From NCBI GenBank assembly GCA_046758505.1, contig JBHIAH010000001.1:83898-147897 (forward strand): 64,000 nt of DNA, given 5' to 3'. Below, piece after piece: positions 59,126 through 64,000 of the stretch. The number at the start of each line of letters is the position of its first letter. Position 1 is the first letter of the stretch. Origin of the DNA: Candidatus Methylomirabilales bacterium. GTDB taxonomy: Bacteria; Methylomirabilota; Methylomirabilia; Methylomirabilales; CSP1-5. The notes beneath the pieces were generated by a model. It saw only the letters and a program-made list of their open reading frames with translations. It was not told the origin of the DNA and did no database searches. Both the position numbers and the translations under genes were made by a program.

Positions 59126-60097
59126 GTGAAGGCCTTGGTCACGGGCGCGACCGGGTTCATCGGCAGCCACCTCGTGGAGTACCTGTTGCAGCGGGGAGAC
59201 GATGTCACCTGTCTCGCCCGGAGCCGAAGCCGCCTCCGGTGGCTGAAAGGTTTACAGGTCAGGGTCGTCGAGGGAGACTGCACGGATCCTGCCCTGGGGG
59301 GGCGCCTTGTTGAGGACTTTGACTGGGTCTTTCATCTGGCTGGGCTCACCAAGACCCTGGAGCGCAACGAGTATTACCGGGTTAACGGGAAGGGGACGGC
59401 CAACCTGGGCACGATCCTGGCCCAGAAGAGACGACCACCCCGGCTGGTGTACCTGAGCAGTCTGGCAGCGGCCGGGCCCAGCACGGACGGACATCCGTTG
59501 CGGGAATCTGACCCCCCCCAGCCGGTAAGTCATTACGGCCGGAGCAAGCTGGAGGGGGAGAACGGGCTGACACGACTCGGGGCCGGGATTCCCTGGACCA
59601 TTGTCCGGGCACCGGTGATTTATGGTCCCCGGGACCGCGACCTCTTGGTCTTCTTTCAGCTGGCCAAACGGCGGGTGGCGTTTCGCCTGGGGAGGAGACA
59701 GGCCTTCAGCCTCTGTTATGTGGAGGACTTGGTACGCGGCCTGCATTTGGCAGCCGAGCGGGGAGGGACCGGAGAGATATACTACCTCGCAGAGGCCTCT
59801 CCCCGGTCCTGGGACGAGATATCGGAGGCCATTGGGGCGGCCGTGGGGGTCCGGCCAATGACGGTTCCCCTCCCTCGTCCCCTCCTGGCCGGCGCCGCGT
59901 GGGTTTCGGAGGGGATGGCGCGCCTCACGGGAATTCGACCGCTCCTCAACCGAGACAAGGCCCGGGAAATGCAGCAGCAATACTGGATATGCAATCCGGG
60001 CAAGGCCGCACGGGATTTAGGCTTCGCCACCTCCATCCCCCTACGCACGGGAACGGCACGGGTGGCGAAGTGGTATGAGCGTCACGGCTGGCTCTAA
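59126..60097 (+). CDS. NAD-dependent epimerase/dehydratase-family reductase (CerR-like by context)
   Basis: MKALVTGATGFIGSHL Rossmann motif and YGRSK catalytic motif. Lies immediately upstream of the alpha-oxoamine synthase. Confidence 0.8.
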   Translation: MKALVTGATGFIGSHLVEYLLQRGDDVTCLARSRSRLRWLKGLQVRVVEGDCTDPALGGRLVEDFDWVFHLAGLTKTLERNEYYRVNGKGTANLGTILAQKRRPPRLVYLSSLAAAGPSTDGHPLRESDPPQPVSHYGRSKLEGENGLTRLGAGIPWTIVRAPVIYGPRDRDLLVFFQLAKRRVAFRLGRRQAFSLCYVEDLVRGLHLAAERGGTGEIYYLAEASPRSWDEISEAIGAAVGVRPMTVPLPRPLLAGAAWVSEGMARLTGIRPLLNRDKAREMQQQYWICNPGKAARDLGFATSIPLRTGTARVAKWYERHGWL

Positions 60098-60108
60098 AGG
60101 AGGAGGGC

Positions 60109-61287
<1,179 letters not shown>

Positions 61288-61289
61288 CC

Positions 61290-62393
61290 GTGGAGGTCTT
61301 CCCCGTCGTCACCGATCGAGATCTCCACGCCTTCCTCCACCTACCATGGCGTATCTACCGGGGCGATCCCCACTGGGTTCCCCCCCTCCTCCTCGAACAG
61401 CGCCAACTCCTTACGCGTCAACACCCCTTTTTTGAAAAAGCCGAGATCCGCCTGTTCCTGGCCAGGGAAGGGGGGGAGGTCGTCGGCCGTATCGCCGCCA
61501 TTGTGGACCACCACTTCCTTGAATCGCATCACGAGCCGGTCGCTTTCTTCGGGTTTTTCGAATGCCTCAACGACAGGTCCGCTACGCGGGAGCTTTTCGG
61601 CGCGGTCCAGGAATTCCTGCGCGGGAAAGGCATGCAGGCAATCCGCGGACCGGTCAACCCCTCCATGCACGATCCCTGCGGCCTCTTGATCGACGGCTTC
61701 GAGTCCGCACCCGTCTTCCTGATGCCCTATAACCCTCCCACCTACTCGGATCTCCTGGAGGAAGTCGGTTGCCGAAAGGTGAAGGACCTCCTGGCGTACA
61801 CTCTCCGGATCTGGACCGACCCACCCCCCAAGGTGCTCCGATCGGCCGAGGAGGCCCGGCGAAGGGGTATTCAAGTTCGGCAAATAGACTTGAAGCGCCT
61901 GGGAGACGAAGTCCGAATCATCTGCGAACTCTACAATACCGCCTGGCAGAACAACTGGGGTTTCACCCCGATGACCCAGGCAGAAGCCGAATGGATGGCA
62001 AAAAATTTGAGACTCCTGATCGTGCCTTCCCTCACCCTGATCGCCGAGGCGGAAGGGAATCCTATCGGCTTTCTGATGCTCCTGCCCGATTACAACCAGG
62101 CGGTGCGACATCTCAACGGTCGTCTGGGACCCCTCGGCTTCCTCAAGTTCCTCTGGTACCGTCGTCGGATCCGCGACGTCCGCCTCCTCCTCCTGGGCAT
62201 GCGACCCGCGTACCGAGGCAAGGGAGTGGATTCACTCCTCAACCTCACCGCCTTTCAGGCCCTCAAGCAAAAAGGCTATATCCAGGCGGAGATCTCTTGG
62301 ATCCTGGAGGACAACTGGGTCGTCCTTCGGATGGCGGAACGTCTCGGCGGGGCCCTCTACAAACGATACCGGATCTACGAACTGCCTGTATGA
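61290..62393 (+). CDS. GNAT-fold N-acyltransferase (bacterial ceramide-synthase-like by context)
   Basis: About 367 aa. C-terminal acyl-CoA-binding-type motif MRPAYRGKGVDSLL. GTG start lies 3 nt after the upstream stop. Confidence 0.55.
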   Translation: MEVFPVVTDRDLHAFLHLPWRIYRGDPHWVPPLLLEQRQLLTRQHPFFEKAEIRLFLAREGGEVVGRIAAIVDHHFLESHHEPVAFFGFFECLNDRSATRELFGAVQEFLRGKGMQAIRGPVNPSMHDPCGLLIDGFESAPVFLMPYNPPTYSDLLEEVGCRKVKDLLAYTLRIWTDPPPKVLRSAEEARRRGIQVRQIDLKRLGDEVRIICELYNTAWQNNWGFTPMTQAEAEWMAKNLRLLIVPSLTLIAEAEGNPIGFLMLLPDYNQAVRHLNGRLGPLGFLKFLWYRRRIRDVRLLLLGMRPAYRGKGVDSLLNLTAFQALKQKGYIQAEISWILEDNWVVLRMAERLGGALYKRYRIYELPV

Positions 62394-62417
62394 CCCGATG
62401 ACCGACGACCGACGACC
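62390..62417. repeat. ATGACCC GATGACC GACGACC GACGACC array at the stop codon of the GNAT-like gene
   Basis: Four units; they are the reverse complement of the CGGTCGT family. Confidence 0.75.
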
Positions 62418-62646
62418 GAAGTTACAAAGAGCGAGGAGGGGGTTCCTTCCGAGGCGGGCGCCATCTGGCTTGCGTCTGGCCGGGGTCCCACCGCCGAAGC
62501 GTAGCGCAGGCGGGGGTGGCCCGCATAGGCAAATCACGACGCCTGAACGTGTGTGACGTGGCCGCTGCGCACCACGTTCTAGCAGAATTATGGCGCCGCT
62601 GAGGAAGGTCCCTCCGAGCTCTTGGTTGGTGGTCGCCGGTCGTCGA

Positions 62647-63522
62647 TCATCCGTCCCCAGCCCGCCGCCACCAGAGAACCGTCGTCATCCGCTCGACCAC
62701 CAGACAGAGGAGAGCGAGCAGGATTCCCGCCAGGACGTCAATCACATAGTGATAGCGCAGGTAGACGGTGGAGCAGATCAGGGCCACGACGACGGGGAGG
62801 AGGATCCAAAAGAGGCGACGGACGAACTGCCGGGCGTACCAGAGGACCAGGAGGACGACGGCGGTGTGACCGCTCGGAAAGGCATCCCGCTTGAATCGCT
62901 CGAGGGCGTTCAAGGTCTCCCAGATCGTGTCCGCCGCGAAGACCCCGTGCAGGTCTACCGTTTGCAGATGCGCCAGCGTGAACCGGGGCCCCACGGCAGG
63001 GATCAGGAAGTAGCCCAGATAGGAGAGGTAAAAACCAAGGGTCATTCCACAGACCGCCCGATCAAAGTCCCCCGCTTTCCCCCACCGATAGAGAGGCACG
63101 GCCAGGATCACGGGAAGAAAGTAATAGGACGCGTAGGCCCAGGTCAGGAGTTCCGTAAGCACGGGGTGGATAAAGCGCTCCAGCCAGACGGTGGGGTGCA
63201 CCCCCAAGAGGGCGTGGTCCAGCTGGATCAGGAGCGTGTCCCGGACAAAGGGGCTCACCCACGGCAGGAGATCGGCAATACTATCGAAGATGACCGCAAC
63301 GAATAACAAGGGGTAGAACGCGTGGAGTAGCCGCACGACGCAGACGTGCCCCCGATCCAGCCACCAGAGGAGCGTGAGGGCCAGGGTTAGGCCCCCGTAT
63401 TTCACCAGGAGGGCAGGCACGTGCGGGTTGAGAGGCCGCGTCGCCACCGTGGTGACGATCAGGACAAGAAGCGCAAGATAGGTGATGAGATCCACCGGCT
63501 TGAGTCGTCGAGGCCCCTTCAT
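62647..63522 (-). CDS. PAP2_C / sphingomyelin-synthase-type membrane phosphotransferase
   Basis: Multi-TM protein. FPSGHTAVV and RYHYVIDVLAG match the SGHT and HY(T/V)xDV motifs of SMS/IPC-synthase-type PAP2 enzymes. Confidence 0.7.
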   Translation of the reverse strand: MKGPRRLKPVDLITYLALLVLIVTTVATRPLNPHVPALLVKYGGLTLALTLLWWLDRGHVCVVRLLHAFYPLLFVAVIFDSIADLLPWVSPFVRDTLLIQLDHALLGVHPTVWLERFIHPVLTELLTWAYASYYFLPVILAVPLYRWGKAGDFDRAVCGMTLGFYLSYLGYFLIPAVGPRFTLAHLQTVDLHGVFAADTIWETLNALERFKRDAFPSGHTAVVLLVLWYARQFVRRLFWILLPVVVALICSTVYLRYHYVIDVLAGILLALLCLVVERMTTVLWWRRAGDG

Positions 63523-63871
63523 GTACCCTCCGGCTGTGGATATCGAGCCCCCATCTTAATGGCTTTCGTTGGTTTTTCAAGACGAAAGCTCCCACATCGC
63601 CGGAGCCCGCCCATCCGCAAACGTGGAAGGGCAACGAGATCCCAGCGTCGCGGCCGAGCGAATTCAAGGAAAAGGAAAAGGTTGAGGTGGGGGGGCAAAC
63701 GTGCTATCTAGAAGGAGAGGAGTCGTTCCGAAGGACACGCCGAAGCGACCTTACGAAGCCGCAGAGGACCCGATCCCCCACACGCTTCATGAGCACACGA
63801 CCCAGGAGGCGCACCGAGGGAGCCCATGAAGGTCCTGGCGGTTCCTCGAGCGAGACGAAAAGGAGGATACC

Positions 63872-64000
63872 ATGGTAGACCCCCAGGAAATCGAAGAGGA
63901 TTACGGGGACGAATATCTAACCGTCAGCGAAGAACGGGAGCAGCCGCGGATTACGGTGGACGAAGGGATCTTCAACCATCCCATCCAAGACCTGCACTAT
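63872..64000 (+). CDS. Hypothetical protein, 3' partial
   Basis: AGGAGG lies 5 nt before ATG 63872. The frame is open to the window end (MVDPQEIEEDYGDEYLTVSEEREQPRITVDEGIFNHPIQDLHY). Confidence 0.4.
   Translation, partial: MVDPQEIEEDYGDEYLTVSEEREQPRITVDEGIFNHPIQDLHY

Overview
GC-rich bacterial chromosomal segment, about 60-65% GC judged by eye. It is densely coding and mostly housekeeping. All calls come from reading the sequence and the ORF track by hand; no searches were run, so family names are motif-level recognitions and hand-derived coordinates may be off by a few nt.

Gene content, left to right:
- a fused acyl-AMP ligase/carrier/PlsC acyltransferase (5' partial)
- an M20 peptidase and two CBS-pair genes
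- a hydrolase/Nudix/HAD group
- an MqnD-like futalosine-pathway gene, adenine deaminase and an M48 protease
- a neutral ceramidase convergent with a large secreted protein
- ligA
- a Bacillus-style pyrimidine operon (pyrR-pyrB-pyrC-carA-[tautomerase]-carB-pyrK-pyrD) behind a PyrR-type attenuator
- uppS and an EamA transporter
- serC-like/serA/hisZ/purA
- tRNA-Lys(UUU) and tRNA-Glu(UUC) bracketing a block of small ORFs
- ccr and an M28 peptidase
- an epimerase-like reductase / alpha-oxoamine synthase / GNAT-like acyltransferase trio next to an SMS-type PAP2 protein

I saw no rRNA, CRISPR array, transposase or integrase.

Main observations:
1. A family of strict 7-nt-period tandem arrays (STRR-like) at 17 loci, 10 of them inside the pyr operon. 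Several lie in frame inside pyrC, carA, pyrK and pyrD. In pyrK, the units deviate exactly where a periodic TGA would fall in frame. Many arrays form inverted arms whose mismatches are G-U wobbles only in the sense-strand RNA.
2. A TlpA/ResA-like thioredoxin-fold gene with an in-frame TGA at the first Cys of the CxxC motif (FWASW-TGA-PHC), plus a downstream stem-loop. This is a candidate selenoprotein.
3. A candidate bacterial ceramide/phosphosphingolipid cluster. A neutral ceramidase and a secreted START-domain protein lie elsewhere in the window.
4. A lower-GC islet encoding a bifunctional nucleotidyltransferase/CDP-alcohol phosphotransferase (IPCT/DIPPS architecture) and a PfkB kinase.
5. 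A roughly 350-nt non-coding leader ending in a 13-bp perfect-stem intrinsic terminator upstream of a CBS-BON gene.
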